From Vicugna vicugna (lineage: Eukaryota): 64,000 nt of DNA. Position 1 is the first letter of the stretch. Each line of letters begins with the position of its first letter. The position numbers and the translations under genes are program-made. The DNA is taken from the NCBI GenBank assembly GCA_013265495.1, contig MU058198.1:7393779-7457778 (forward strand). The letters are read 5' to 3'. Below are positions 1 to 14,234 of this stretch, piece after piece. The notes beneath the pieces were generated by a model, which had not been told where the DNA came from, did no database searches, and saw only the letters and a program-made list of their open reading frames with translations.

Positions 1-700
1 GATTTTAAAAATTAAAAATAAAGCCTTTTATTCAGTACAGTTGATGTTTCACAGCAGATGTTTTAAAAGCTCAGTAATTAGTGATACTGATGAGGGAGGG
101 GCAAACAGGCACACTTTATATCCTGTTGGTGGCACAAGAAATTGGTACAGCACCTTTGGAGGGCAATATTTAGGAGTGTCAATGGGAATCTTAAACGCAC
201 ATACTCTTTGACCCAGCATTTTTCTTTCACTTTAAGAATTTACCTTATAGATTTTCTTGTACAACTCAAGATATATACATGATTGTTCATCACAGTATGG
301 TACAAAGTTAGCTATACATCATGTCATATGCACACAATTGACTGTTTGGCAGCTATTTCAAAATGAGATAAATCTGTGTGTATCGACCTGAAAAGATGTT
401 CACATATATTAAGTGTAAAACAGCAAGATGTAGAAGAATATACACGATATAATGTCATTTGTAGATATCAAAGCCACATACTCATGGAAAACTTCAGAGG
501 AAATGCAAGTAACTGTTAACGCTGGTTACTTCTGGGGAGTAGAATTAAGAAGGTGAAGGAAAGACATACTTTTTGGTTTATACTTCAGAATACTGGATTT
601 TATGTTTGACAAAGAGCAAACATTTATTACGACTATTAAAAAACTATTTAAAAAGTTTAAAACACAATGTCAGTTGTATCTCAATAAAGCTGGGGAGAAA
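1..700 (+). mobile_element. Ancient L1 (L1ME-like) 3' fragment
   Basis: AAATTGGTACAGCACCTTTGGAGGGCAAT...CTTTGACCCAGCA... ending TATCTCAATAAAGCTG, as in degenerate L1 3' ends. Confidence 0.55.
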
Positions 701-3109
701 TTCATAAATTAAAAAGGAGCAATGTAGGATCACTGCGAAAAAAGTTTTTAAAGTAAGTCAAGAAGAACAAAAAGAAGAAAAGATCACAGTTTTTGCCTTC
801 TCATCATCAATAAAATTTTGTCTTCTTTTTTGTTTGCTTGTTTAGATTTAATTATCTTTATGAAATGGAATTGTATTATACATGTTCTTAGTTTTTTTCA
901 CATTTATCATGTTAATAATATATACCTACAGCATCATTTGTTTCCAAAACCATAAATAATGGTACTTTTTTCTGATTATACAAGTGTGATTCACAAAGAA
1001 GGGATTTCTATAACTGTGTTGCTAAATAAGAAATGACAAGTTGTAGAACAATAGTATAGTATCCTCTCATCTTTGTTAAAAAAAAAACACGTGTGTGTGT
1101 GTGTGTAAAGCTCTAAAAAACAGTTGATGAGAATAGTCATTAAACTGTTTAGAGTAGTTATGTGTGGGAGGTTGGATTGAGGTGGTTTGGATTTTTATAA
1201 CAGTGCTTTTATAATAATGATACATGCATGTGATCAAACATTTTTTAAAAATTCAGACAAGCTTACAAAAATTGAAATTATCCCCAAATCCTACCACCCG
1301 GAGATAATCCCAGTCAACATACTGGTGCACAATCTCATACTTCCTTCTCTGCCCACAAAAGGATATTCATCCTCTCAATTTATAAATTGTAATTATACAA
1401 AATACATCACTCTGCACCCTGCTCTTTTCAGTATATTCCATGTCCGTACCTCATTCTAGTGATTGCACATTATGCCATATAACAGCTACAACTGTAATTT
1501 AATCAAGCAATCCCTTGATGTTGAATTTTAAAAAATCTTTTAAATTGTAAAATATAACACACATTAGAACATATAAAACATATGTACTTCTTAAAGAGTA
1601 ATTATAAGCAAACTTTTGTGTTACCTGTATCCTAGAAACATTTTAAAATTGTTTTTAAGTTAAAATAAAAGTAAGACGAACACCTGTACCATCTCCTAGA
1701 ATTAACAAACACACATTCTGGTTTTTTATAGTTATTTATTTATTTATTTACAAGAAAACAAAATAGGATATATTTTATTCTATTCACCTTTTTTTAGAAT
1801 CCAGTACTTTATGTTCACTCTTCTGTGAATACTTTAATGAACCAAACTCAGTATTGACCTCAGCCCAGTAGTTTCCTTTTGAGGTTTCAACGATCTTAGC
1901 GTCGGCCAGCGGGAGCCCCTTTGCCAAGGTTCTTGTGTCTTTCCAACAAGAATACATTAATCTTTGAAAACTTCCTTGCCTCCTGGCTCAACAAGATGTT
2001 ATAGGCTCACCTTGTACCTTTTAGCCCTAGACACAGACTGCCTCCTCTGTAACTAGCCCTAGTTCCTTTTAGAGATCATAATGTGGGTGCTAAGGTGCAT
2101 TGTTGGGGCGCAGAATTGTTAAATAAAATGCAACTTTACAGATAAAGGCGAGGTCCTCTTTGTTCTGCAAGATGGTAATATTATCACTTTTACATTTTCC
2201 TGACTATTCATTGAGGGTGACCATCTTTTCAATATATGTTTTTGGCCATTTGAGTTCCCTTGTCTTCCAACTATTTCTTAATAGACTTGTCTATTTTTCT
2301 TTTGTTGAACCTTTATGTCATGCCCCAAATTTTTTTGCTTTTATAAGCAATGTTGTGATGGACATCTTTGTCCATGCATATTTGCTCATTCTGACCGATT
2401 CCTTAAGTAAATTTCTAAAAGTGTAGTTTCTGGAGAAAGAATAGTTTTTAAATTTAATATTTTTTCTTTTTTAAGAGGTCTTTTAAAAATCCTAGTAAAA
2501 AAAATTGTGCATATTTACATTACCTCCCAGAGAGGAGAGAGGTATTCTAGTAGCTCACCACCCTCTCCCAAGCCTCCTGGGACCTCAATCACTGTAAAAC
2601 TGACTTCCTGAGGCTCCTCTTGGAGGTCCCCCAGGAAGAGTTATTTAAAAAAACCTGGCAACTTTACCCCCAGGTTCCCGTTCTACTTAAAAATTTTGTT
2701 CTCCATCACCTCTCACCTGAGCTACCAGCAATTGCCTTCTAATCACACCCCTACTGTCCCTTCTCAAAACTGGCTTCTACCCAAAGCCCTTCTGCTCCAC
2801 TTAGAATTAAATCTAAACTCCTTAGCTTGGCCTTCAAAACTGTGCTAGATCCAAGTCTGACCCTCCTCTCCAGGCTCATCCTACTGTTCCCCCGTCCCCT
2901 GCAGCCTCCTGGGGCCTCCTGGTGGTTTCTTGTCAGAATAAGCTGGGCAGCCTCTTTGTACTTATTCACTTTGCTTAGAATGTTCTTCCTCCAAAGCGTT
3001 CTGTCCAAATGTCACCACACTGGAGAGGCCTTACCAGATCACTTCATGCACCTGTCCCCAACCCTACTTTTTCATAACACATATTACCCATAATTTTTTT
3101 CTATGTGAA

Positions 3110-3243
3110 TTTTTTGTTTGGGTTCTTTTGGGGGGGGGTAATTTGGTTTGTTTATTTATTTTTAGAGGAGGTTCTGGCGATTGAACCCAGGACCTCGGGC
3201 ATCCGAAGCATGCACTTTACCACTTGAGCTATACCCTCCCCCC
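3110..3243 (-). mobile_element. tRNA-Ala-derived SINE (Vic-1-like) inserted into an L2-like remnant
   Basis: GGGGGGGTAATTTGGTTTGTTTATTTATT...GAGGTTCTGGCGATTGAACCCAGGACC...ACCACTTGAGCTATACCCTCCC. Confidence 0.85.
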
Positions 3244-5734
3244 GTCATTATTTTATACTTTACTTGCTTATATATATTTTTTTGTCTTCCTCCATCAGGA
3301 ATGTCAGCTCAATAAAAGCTAGAACGTTGATTTTTTTACTGGCTTGTTTTTCCAGTATTATCTCCCTGGTGCCTAGAATAATGCTGAGCACTTCATAGAC
3401 CTGGATTTGATAGACTGTGTTCCCCAGCAGTTAAGGGCACACATGTGAGTCAGGCTCTCTGGGTTCGAGTTCCTGCTCTGCGGCTTTCCAGCTATGTCAC
3501 TTGGGACGAGTTACTTAACCATCTTTTGTTTTTACCATCTGTAAAATGGGGATGATAATCTACTCAGTAGGGTCATGGTGAGAATTAAGTGAATTCATTT
3601 GTTTAAAAATACAGGTTGGTGCTTATTGGCTTAGTGTTTGTCACGGTTATAATTTTTGAGTGACTCTCATACATAGGGCCATTGCCATCATGCACACATG
3701 TAGACATCAACCAACCTCTATCCATTGACATTGTGTGTGCCTGTCACTCCCCCAGACAGCGGGTGTAGACAGGAACACTGAAGTGGACAAGACAGATGTG
3801 GCCCCTCTCTTGCCAGGAGCCTTAGAAACTTGAGTAGTTGTTCCCAGTGTTAAACCACAGAGGCAAAAAAAAAAAAAGGACACAGAACGTTACAGGAGAT
3901 ATAATGGAGTCTGAGGACCTGAGGAGGACTCTGGAGGCAGTTATGTGGCCCTGAAGGTTTGACTGGGACGAAAGGAAAGAGACCCACTCTCATGTGTGAG
4001 AAAGCCCAGAGTGCAGAAAAAGCCTGTCTGTGAAGTGACACAAGTGGGAAGCCCAGCGAGGCTGGAGTGTGGAGGCTGGGAGAGACTAGGCTGGAGAATT
4101 TGGTAAGGGCCACCATGCAGGGCTTTGGGGACCTCAGAAAGGAGTTTCATGATTCCCATGAAAAGACTTAGAGTGACTCCGCCAGTTTTGCAGGTAGAAA
4201 AGTTTTCCCTGGCTGTCATGCAGAGAAATCTTCAGGTCTCTGGTCAGCTGCCACCTACCCAGAGAATAAAATGGTCTAAAATGGCATCTCCCTCCATCTC
4301 TATCCATCTCCACCTGCTTTACTACACTGTGAGTCCCTGACATTGTATCAGACTCTCTCCTGCTTGTTCTCTGTTTACCTTTGTTGGAAAGGAAACCCTG
4401 AAGGAGCTGTGACTTTAGGGAGGGAAGAGACTGGCCACAGGGAGACCACTAAGGAGGCTGGTGCAGATGGCCCAAGCTCTAGAATTTTTCCTTGCCAGGA
4501 GGGTTAGGAGCAGCTTTCCGGCTGGTAGAGAGCAGGAGGCTAGAAGACTTGACTCAGCTGGAAGCTTCATTTGCATATCACTTTACATAAGACTGAGAAA
4601 ACAGCCATTGTCCATATCAAAGAATGGGGTGGGAAGGCAGTTAGAGATAATGGTAGTGGGGAGGGGGATTAAAGTCCCAGCAGTCCCAACAAGCCGGTTC
4701 TTGGTACTGTCACTGATTATAAGTCAAGGGCTAAGAATCTTTTGTGGGATTGGAGAGAAATGGATAGAATGGAGAAATATTTAAGATGTAAAAGACTTGG
4801 TGGCTGTCTGTGGGGCACAAGGGAAAAGGAAGGTGATATATCTTTCTTCCTAGTTTGAGCAACTGGGTGGATGGTGGTGCACCTCAAAGCAGATTTTGTG
4901 GATCAGATCATGAGTTCAGTTTTAGATATATGAGTCAAGGTGCCTGGGATGCCTGCAGGAGAAATCCAGGAGCTAGTCAGATGGGAACCCAAGTTCCAAG
5001 CTGGGGATAGTCCTTTAGAGTAGTTGGCTTAAGAGATGGTAACTGGAATGCACAGTGAAATTATGACAAATTACTAGAGCCTTAGAAATTAATGCCTTTT
5101 TCTTCTGAAATCTCTTTAGGCAATTTACCAGAAATGCTTACCATGCAAATGCTTTCAGATTGCAACCTGGCTTTCCCACCTCACCTAGACTGTTCTATAA
5201 CCTCCAGATACTTCAAGCAATGAAGTATCTGTGAATGAACTGTGAGGGAGGGGTCCTGAAGCTTCAGGCGTCATGAGCTTCTGGGTATCTGCCTCTGCCC
5301 TTGAGAATGTGTTGGATGGGAGAAGGCAATTGAGGGAAGAATGCTGAGGAACTCCTCCAATTGAATTGAGGTGTCCAGGAGAAGTGGCCTGTAAGGAAGA
5401 CTGAGAAGGAGCGTCCAGGGAGGTGGGAGGTAGGACGTAGGAGGAGACTGAGAAAGGCTAGCTCCACAGAACGCAAGAGGAATGGATGTTTAGAGGACTG
5501 TTAACACTAGCAATCAACTGTCCTCCAAGTTCTGCTAATTCTACCTCTGCAGTCTCTCTCTCCATCTCCACTGCCATCTGCTGGCCAGTAGCCCCCATTA
5601 CAACCAAGTAACTGCTCTGGCTTCACTAGTTCCAGACTTACAGCTATCTTTACAGCCATCCCATTTATCCTGTTATATCACTCTTTGGAAACTGGAAGCT
5701 GAATCATGCCAATCCCTGCTCAACGACTTTTTTT

Positions 5735-6810
5735 ATGATTTTTTTTAACTGAAGTATATTCAGTTTACAATGTTGTGTCAATTTCTGGTGTATAGCATAA
5801 TGTTTCAGTCATACATGTACATACATGGATTCCTTGTCTTTTTTTTTCATTATAGGTTACTACAAAATATTGAATATAGTTCCCTGTGCCATTCAGTAGG
5901 ACCTTGTTGTTTATCTATTTTATATATACTAGTTAGTATCTGCAAGTCCCAGACTCCCAATTTATCCCTCCCCCTTGAAACCATAAGTTTGTTTTGTCTG
6001 TATGTCTGTTTCTATTTTGTAAATATGTTCATTTGTGTCATTTTTTAAAGATTCCATGTATAAGTGATATCATATGGTATTTGTCTTTCTCTTTCTGGCT
6101 TATTTCACTTAGTATTATGATCTCTAGGTCCATCCATATTGCTGCAAATGGCATTATTTCATTCTTTTTTATGGCTGAGTAATATTCCATTATATATAAT
6201 ATATTATATATTAGTATATATATAAATACTACATCTTCTTTATCAATTTATCTGCTGGTGGACCTTCAGTTTGCTTCTATGTCTTGGCTATTGTAAATAG
6301 TACTGCTATGAATACTGGAGTGCATGTTATCTTTTCCAATTAGAATTTTCATCTTTTCCAGATATATGCTCAGGAATGGAATTGCTGGATCATATGGTAA
6401 CTATAATTTTAGTTTTTTAAAGAAACTCCATACTGTTTTCCATAGTGGCTAAGCCAATTTTCATTCCCACCAGCAGTGTAGGAGGCTTGCCTATTCTCCA
6501 TACCCTCTCCAGCATTATTTGTGGACTTTTTGATGATGGCCATTCTGACTGGTGTGCGGTGATACTTCATTGTAGTTTTGATTTACAGTTCTCTAATAAT
6601 TAGCAAAGTTGAGCATCTTTTCATGTGCCTGTTGGCCATCTGGAAGTCTTCTTTGGGAAAATGTCTATATAGATCTTCTGCCTTTTTTGCGGGGGGGGGC
6701 TGTTTCTTGATATTGAGCTGTATGAGCTCTTTGTGTATTTTGGAAATTAATCCCTTGTCAGTTACATTGTTTGCAAATATTTTCTCCCACTCTATAGGTT
6801 GTCTTTCAAA
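5735..6810 (-). mobile_element. L1 3' fragment (artiodactyl-type 3' UTR plus end of ORF2)
   Basis: Poly-T, then TACAATGTTGTGTCAATTTCTGGTGTATAGCA, TCCATCCATATTGCTGCAAATGGC, ATTGCTGGATCATATGGTA, CATTCCCACCAGCAGTGTA: typical antisense L1 3' end. Boundaries approximate. Confidence 0.85.
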
Positions 6811-7019
6811 GCAATTTTACAACAGCAACTCTATCCCCACTCTGCAGATGAGGAGAGTAAGGCTCAGAGAGGTGGATGACGTGCTCAAGGTTATGTTGCA
6901 AGGAATTAGCAGCGCAAGGCTAGGTCCAACCCATTCAGGCTCTGGCCTGGCCTCATCTTCTGAGGGAGATGAAGGACAAGGATCTAAAAAGGTGAGCATC
7001 ATTCACTTTTTGTAATTAA

Positions 7020-8760
7020 GATTTTGTTTCTTTAGAGCAGTTTTAGGTTCACAGCATTGAGGGAAAGATACAGCAATTTCCTATAGAGCCTCCCCCATTC
7101 TCAACATCCCCCATAAAAGTGGTACATTTGTTATAGCTGATGAACCTACATTGACACTTATTATCACCAAAGTCCCTGGTTTACATCATGACTCACTCTT
7201 GGTGTTGTACATTTTATGGTTTTGGACAAATGTATAATGACATGTATCCACAATTATAGTAACATACAGAGTATTTTCTGCCCTAAAAATCCTCTGTGCT
7301 CCTATTCGTACCATCTCTCCACCCCCAATCCCTTGGCAACCACTGATCTTTTTACTGTCTCCATATTGTTGCCTTTTCTAGAAGGTCATATAGTTGAAAT
7401 CATACAGTATTTGGTCTTTTCAGATTGGCTTTTTTTCAGTTAGTAATATGCATTTAAGATTCTTCCAAGTCTTTTCATGGCTTGATAGCTCATTTTTAGT
7501 GCTGAGTAATAGCCCATTGTCTGAAAGTACCAGAGCTTATTTATCCATTCATTTGCTGAAGGGTATTTTGCTTCCAAGTTCTGGCAATTATAAATAAAAC
7601 TGCTCTAAACTCCCAGATGCAGGTTTTGTGTGGACATAAACTTTCAGCTCCTTTGGGAGTTTAACGGATGTGATTACTGGTTCGTATGGTAAGAGTATGT
7701 TTACATTTGTAAGAAACCACCAAATTGTCTTCCAAAGTGGCTGTACCATTTTGCATTCCCACCAGCAGTTCATGAGCGGTTCCCATTGCTTCACATCCTT
7801 GTCAGCATTTGATGTCAGCATTCTAGATCTGGGGCATTCTAATAGATGTGAGGTGGTATCTCATTGTTGTTTTAATTCACAGTTCCCTGATGACATACGA
7901 TGTGGATGGAGCATCTTTTTATATGCTTATTTGCCATGTGTATATCTTTTCTGGTGAGTTGTCTGTTAAGGTCTTTGGCCCATTTTTTTAATCGAGTTGT
8001 TTTCTTACTTTTGAGTTTTAAGAGTTCTTTGTATATTTTGTGTAACAGTCCTTTATCAGATATGTCTTTTGCAAATATTTTCCCTCAGTCTGTGGCTTGT
8101 CTTCTCATTCCCTTGACATTGTCTTTCACAGAGCAGTTTTTCATTTCAATGAAGTCCAGCTTATTCTTTCTTTCATGTATCATGCTTTTGTTGTTGCATC
8201 TAAAAAGTCATCAATGCCATAAACAAGGTGTTATCTTCTAGGTGTTTTATAGTTTTGTGCTTTGTATTTAGTTTGTGATCCATTTTGAATTAATTTTTAT
8301 GAAATGTGTAAGATTTGTGTCTAGATTAATTTTTTTTTGCATGTAGATGTCCACTTGTTCCAGCATCATTTGTTGAAAAGACTATCGTTGTTCTATTGTA
8401 TTGCATTTACTCCTTTGTCAAAGGTCAGTAGACTATATTTATGTGGATCTATTTCTTGGCTCTCTATTCTGTTCCACTCTTCTGTCTGTTCTTTTGCCAA
8501 TACCACACTGTCTTGATTATCGCAGCTTTACAGTAAGACTTGAAGTCAGGTATTGTCAGTCTTTTAACTTTGTTCTCCTTCCATACTGTGTTGGGTCAAT
8601 ACTTCAACACTATTCTGGGTCTTTTGCCTCTCCATACAAGCTTTAGAATCTGCTTGTTGATATCCACAAAATAACTCGTTGGGATTTTGATCGGGATTCT
8701 ACTGAATCTATAGATCAAGTTGGGAAGAACTGACATCTTGACAATATTGAGTCTTCACCA
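7020..8760 (-). mobile_element. Older L1 (L1M-type) fragment
   Basis: Antisense L1 3' UTR/ORF2 phrases (TTCCAAAGTGGCTGTACCATTTTGCATTCCCACCAGCA; CCAGCATCATTTGTTGAAAAGACT; TGAATCTATAGATCAAGTTGGGAAG), heavily degenerate. Confidence 0.8.
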
Positions 8761-9379
8761 TTCACTTTCATTTAACCAAAATTCCATTTGTCAAATGAAA
8801 CAATCCTTCACAGGGTTGTTTGAAATGTTTTTCATTCATGATCTAGAGAGTACTGTGAGCCCTGTGACAATGTTCCTGCTCTCAGGAAGTTTATATTTAG
8901 TGGGAAGGGGGCAGAAAATAAACAAACATGCAAATAAATTAATAATTTCAGGTAAGTGCTGTGAAAAAAACACATGTGGTAAGAGAGTGATAGGCAGTGA
9001 AGGGCTATTTAATGTCAGGGAACTTCTCTAAGGCAACATTTGAACTAAGACCTTCGTGAAAAGGGAGAGATGGCCATGATAAAAATTTTCAGACAGAGGG
9101 AACAACAGAGATGAAGGCTCTGGAAACAGAAATGAAATTGATGAACAGTTTCGAGAAGGGCATGGTAGCTATAAATATAGTGAACAAGGGCTAAATGAAG
9201 TTTTAAAAAAATGTAGAGAGACATCATATCCTGTAGGGCTATTTTATTTTTAAAATGTTAAGTGTAAAACACATGTTGTGAGGTACACAAAGTGTACACA
9301 TTTTAAGTACACTGTTCAGTGAATGTTTACATCTGTATACACCGTGGATGCAACCGCATCCAAATCAAGGTATACAAGA

Positions 9380-9712
9380 GGAGTCAGCAAACTTTTTTTG
9401 TAAAGTGCCAGATAGAAAACAGTTTCACGCTCTGTGGCCTATGGCCTCTGTTCCAACTATTCACCTCTGCTACTGTAGCAGGAAAGCAGCCATAGTTGCT
9501 ATGTAAATGAACAGATATGGTTGGATTCCCTTAAATCTTTAGTTTTGGACAATGAAATCTGAATTACATGTAATTTTAACATATCACAAAATACTTTTCT
9601 TCTTTTGATTTTCCTCAACCATTTGAAAATGTAAAAACCATTCTTAGCTTGCCGGCTATACAAAAACAGGTGGTGGGCGTGACTTGACCTTTGGGCTGTA
9701 GTTTACCAACTA
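9380..9712. mobile_element. MER58-like hAT DNA transposon remnant nested in an old L1
   Basis: Ends GAGTCAGCAAACTTTTT...GCCAGATAG and GGGCTGTAGTTTACCAAC; internal CAACTATTCACCTCTGC...AAAGCAGCCATAG. Confidence 0.7.
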
Positions 9713-11429
9713 CGGTAGTTTACTGATATGACACATCTCTAGCATCCCTCTTGTGCCTCTTTCCAGTTACAATTCTTCTCCCTCAGTGGTTACTCTGATT
9801 TTTATCACCATCAATTAATTCTACCTGCTCTTGAACTTTATATAATTAGAATCATATGCATATACTCTTGTGTCTGGCTTCTTCAGCACAACATAACATC
9901 TATCCTATGGGGATTTTAAGCCATGATATATAATTTTCATCTAAGAAGACTAGGATGCCATTTGGGGATCTTAAGTGAGAGCAACATGATCTGATTTATA
10001 CGAAATTGTCATTCTGATTGCCAAGTGGAGAATGGAGTAAAGGGAAACAGGAGTGGAAATGGAAGGCCCAGTAGGAGTAATTCAAGCCAAGAGATGATGG
10101 TGGCCAGACCAGGGTTGTAGTCATGGAAATGGAAGACAGATTTTTGGATTTATCGTGATTTTGAGCTCACGTATCCAACACCAGTTATTTTTGTTTTTAA
10201 TAAGGTGTTATAATACAAATAGCTCACACTAATAAATTTCCTGAATTATCTGAGACTGGCACTGTGAATTGCCATGTATAAACCATGTCCCTACCCTAAG
10301 GGGTTAAGAATAGTTCTTGGGGTGGGGTGGACAGACCATGAGTTCAGATACAATGCAATCAGTGCTTTATGAAGTTCGGGAGGGTACGGTAGCCAGGAGG
10401 GGTATTAAACCAGCCCGAGGATGGTCAAGAAAGATCACCTGGGGCTTGTGGCTCTTGAGCTAAATTCTGAATGAAAAATTGCTGAAAAAGGATGAAAAGG
10501 TATATGGAAAGGCCAAGAGATGTGAGATCTTTTGGGAGCTGAGGGTGGCTGGTTCTGTGATGAGGTCTCAGAAATATGTAAGCTTGGCCTGGAAAAAAGA
10601 CTCTGAACTGGACCTAAATGGATGGGCATTTATCCACGTTTTCAATCAAACAATCCATCCCAGTTGCTTCTATCTAGGTGAGAAGCAAACTCAGCCTGTG
10701 GCTGAATCTGACGTATCTGGGCCCACATTCCTGTAGGGAAACCACAGGAATAGTAGTTTGACCAGTAACTATTCCTTTTGAGAGAGACATATGGCCTCTT
10801 GTTCCTCACATTCCTCATCTGCCCCTCTTTGCTTTATTTACATTACCTTCCTGGTCCTTCTACGTTTTAGAGTTTCCAACCCCTCTAAGAAAAACAGGAC
10901 TTCAACAACATAGAATCATCAACTCTTTGAATAGACGAGTGAAGAGCTAAACTGAGTGGATGAAGAACACCTTTATGAGAGCTTTATCAGGGCTTCCTAA
11001 CCTGGCTCCTAGGGTGGGCTTTATGTGGTAAATTTTGTGTGTGTATATTCTTGTGACTTAGACTGCCTGGCTATGAACTTCATCTTTGGGTTGTCACTGG
11101 TTATTCTATAAGCCCCAAAACATTTGTAAAATGGAGCACCGCTGGGATTAAGAGATAATCAATGCACAAAACGGCCTCAGTATAAGGTATCTGTTGTTAT
11201 TATTATTATTCTGTCCCGAGGTGAGGGTATCAGATTCTCAAAAGGGTTCTTAAACTAGAAGTTGGCGAACAGAGGGCATAAGCGCTTAGGAGCTATTGGG
11301 AATACCACCCTTGCGTAAAATGAAGCAGCTCTACATAAGAAGACTGCCTGGCAATCCAGAGACCCAGGCTCCACTGGTATCTTACTTAAAGTAGAAATTG
11401 CTTCAGCTCTCTGGGTGCGAGGGGTGGAC

Positions 11430-12620
11430 TGGTCCGAGTTGGCAGCTGCAATGCAGCCCCAGCGGCAGGTTCAGTGGTGGAGGATAAAGACGCTCTGCCG
11501 CGGGACAAGCGCGCAACCTCCAGGGAGACTACATTTCCCAGTTTGCCTTGCGCTTCAGGCAGCGCCCTACGCTAGCACGCGAGCCTCCTCGCTACCCCAA
11601 CCTCCAGTACTGTCTCTCGCGAGAGGACGGGCCGCGCCGGCGGTAACGATAGTGAGTTGTGGTGGTGGCGGTGGTGTTGGTGGTGGCGGCCGAGACGGCG
11701 GCGGCCATTTTGGTGAGGCCTCGGAAGCGGCGGCGGCGGTTCGCTGCGAGTAGCGTCTCCCATTTTTCCCACCCGCCGCCTGCATCTCCGTGGCGTGAGA
11801 GGAAGCAGTGGAAGCAAGGCGGTGGCAGTAGCCGTGGGCCCCAGGGGAATTTAAAGGCCGCGAAGGCGGCAGCCAAGAGGGGGCCCTCCCCCCTCCTCGG
11901 CGGGAGGGGGGGTGGTGCGCACGCCCCCGAGGACGCAGGTAAGGAGAGGGAGACAAGATGGCGGACGTCCCGCAGTTCCCCCTCCCCTGACTGGTGACTG
12001 CGCGCGCATCTTTCCGCCATCGCCTCCCCTCCCACCTTCCCGGGGTGCTGCGCGCGCACCTTCGGCCGGGGCCCCGGGGCCGGTGCGCGAGGCTGTCGGC
12101 GCGCGCCCATAGAGACAGGTTGAGGGGGACCAGGCCGGCCGGCACTGGACCCGGGCGCGTCTCTTCTCCCCTCCCGCCTGTCTGCGCACGCGTGCCTGAG
12201 CGAGCAAGCGAGCCCTGAGAGAACGGACCCAGGTGCGCTCCTGCCCGCCCACCAACCCCAGCCCCCCCCAAAGGGGCGCGCGGGAAGAGGAAGGGGGGCG
12301 TGGGACGAGTAGTCGGGGCGCGCGCCCACCGTATCCATTCAGGAGCCAGGACCTGGCGGCACGAGCCCTCCCTTGTCTCAGCCTTTCGCGGTCTGCTGGG
12401 GTTGGGGGGAGCTCCCTAACGGGCAGGGATGAGAGGCTTTCCAGCCCTGCGACCCTTGTGTGCGTGGGTTTGGGTTCTGGCGGGAGCCCCCGGGCGGTGC
12501 GCGCAGCCGGCTCTCTCCGCCTCCAGGCGCGCACGCGCGGGCCCCTCCCCCAATCTGTCGCACAAGTTGGGTGGGGTGGGAGTCCAGGAGGGGGCGGGGC
12601 TACCTTAGGGCTAGTGGCAA
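11430..12620 (+). promoter_or_regulatory. SRCAP: SRCAP CpG-island promoter with a non-coding first exon (donor CAG|GTAAGG at 11938; second candidate donor CAG|GTGCGC at 12232)
   Basis: Very GC- and CpG-dense. Motifs: ZNF143/SBS ACTACATTTCCCAGTTTGCCTTGCG 11528-11552; palindrome TCTCGCGAGA (BANP-type) 11615-11624; YY1-like GGCCATTTT 11703-11711 and AAGATGGCGG 11955-11964; NRF1-like TGCGCGCGCA 11999-12008 and 12049-12058. The exact TSS cannot be determined. Confidence 0.85.
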
Positions 12621-13386
12621 CCTCGGGCAGAGGTCAGGGGTCACGCTGGGTCAGGCTGTTGGGACAGGTTGGGAGACAGTGATAAAGCGTGAGGTCAAGA
12701 GTTTAAGCTTCTCGGATTCTGGTTAGCTCGAGTCCAGTGAGTCTGTTGTGGAGGAGGGAGTTAATCAAAGGCTGCACCGTGGTTAAGGAATTTCCTTAAA
12801 CACTGGGGAAACACTTCCGGGCCTTGTGTGGGTTTACTCTGCCTATTTCCGGGGTATAGTTCTTTGCTGTTCGGCCTTCCTCACATCTGACTGCTCCTCT
12901 AAAGCCTCCTGCTGTAGTTCTTGTTTGGGGAAGTGTCTCATGGTGCAGGTATACGAGTCGTAGGGCCCAGTCCTGAGGAAGGGTAGATTATCATATGTTC
13001 ACACCTCACTGGAAAGGAGAGCAGGCAGCCAGCACCTTCTGAGCTTCTGAATGTGACAGCTTTTTTGGCTTTGTTATTTGCTCTCCATTCAGTGGTTGGA
13101 ACCTTTTACACTTAAGCTTTTTAAACTTTTTTTTTTCTTGGCTTCACTTCTTTGCTTCTCCCCCTCCCAGCCAGAATCTCATGGGAATTCTGTTTTTACA
13201 AAACATGATTTGCTTTTGTTTTTCCAAAATGTGAGCTTTTCCTACTATGATAATTTTATTCAGCCTTTTAACTGATTTGGGTATATTTGAAAGCCTCAAA
13301 AGTTGGTGTGGAGAAGGTTTTGATGGGTATTGTTAAATGTGGATTGGTTCCTCACTGCTGTTTTCCTCCCCTACTTTTTGTTTTAG

Positions 13387-13460
13387 GCGTGATTCCCCTC
13401 AGTACGGCGGCACCGTGGAAGTACAGACTTTCACAGGGGGTGTGGTCTCAGCTCACACAG
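13387..13460 (+). other. SRCAP: SRCAP 5' leader exon 2 (74 nt)
   Basis: Polypyrimidine tract plus TTTTAG acceptor and CAG|GTGAGG donor. The next exon starts at 14026, 209 nt before the ATG. The 74/209 layout matches the human gene as I recall it. Confidence 0.8.
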
Positions 13461-14234
13461 GTGAGGGCTCAGATACCATTTCTTGTTGATGTTAATGGGA
13501 GGGAAGTTTGAGATAATGATAGTGGTGCAACAGTGGAACTGGGACTATGGATACACAGATCTGATCATTTCGGCTCTCTCAAGGAGAGCAGCATTTTTCC
13601 GGGGTTTTGGCATCAGACTATCAAGATTTAAGACCTCCTTCTAGTTCTTTACTGTGTAACCTTATGCAGGTCATTTGGTCTCTTTGTGTTCTTAATTATT
13701 AACTTATGAAATATAAGAAACATTAGAATATAAGCTCCATTTAGGTCAGTGGTCTTTTCTGCATGGCTCCTTCCTCAACATGTAGAGGGAACTAAGTAAG
13801 CGTTTATTATGGTACAAAGAGGATCTGGTTTATAAGGTAGGTGTGAGGATTATAGAACACATCAAGTATGTACTCAGTAAAGTACCTGACACATAGTAGG
13901 TGCTCAAGAAATGTAAGCTATAATCATTGTGTTTATGTATCTTTATTCTTTAATGTTACTCCTGATTTTTGAAAGATTCTTTAATCTTTCTAAATCCTAT
14001 TTCTACTCTTTTTATCCTACTTTAGGTGCTCCAGAGGCCGGTGGACCTGAGCGGAGGCTGGGACGCCCTAGTGGGCCCCGGGCCCTGGAAGGCGGGTCCC
14101 GGTGGCCGGTGGCCCAGAATGAGGCCAGCTCCCAGCATGCCCTGCAGCCGGACGCCAGCCCCTCGGCCAGCAGCAGTGGTGACAACAACCCAGTCATTCT
14201 TCAGGCATCCAAAGAGGAGCCTGGGAGTGGGACC

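Noticed and set aside
5770..8646. Several hydrophobic 60-145 aa ORFs
   Set aside because: Antisense translations of decayed L1 sequence.
11415..12726. Many long overlapping ORFs (up to 248 aa) on both strands
   Set aside because: Stop-codon depletion in a CpG island; Arg/Gly/Pro/Ala-rich with no recognisable domain.
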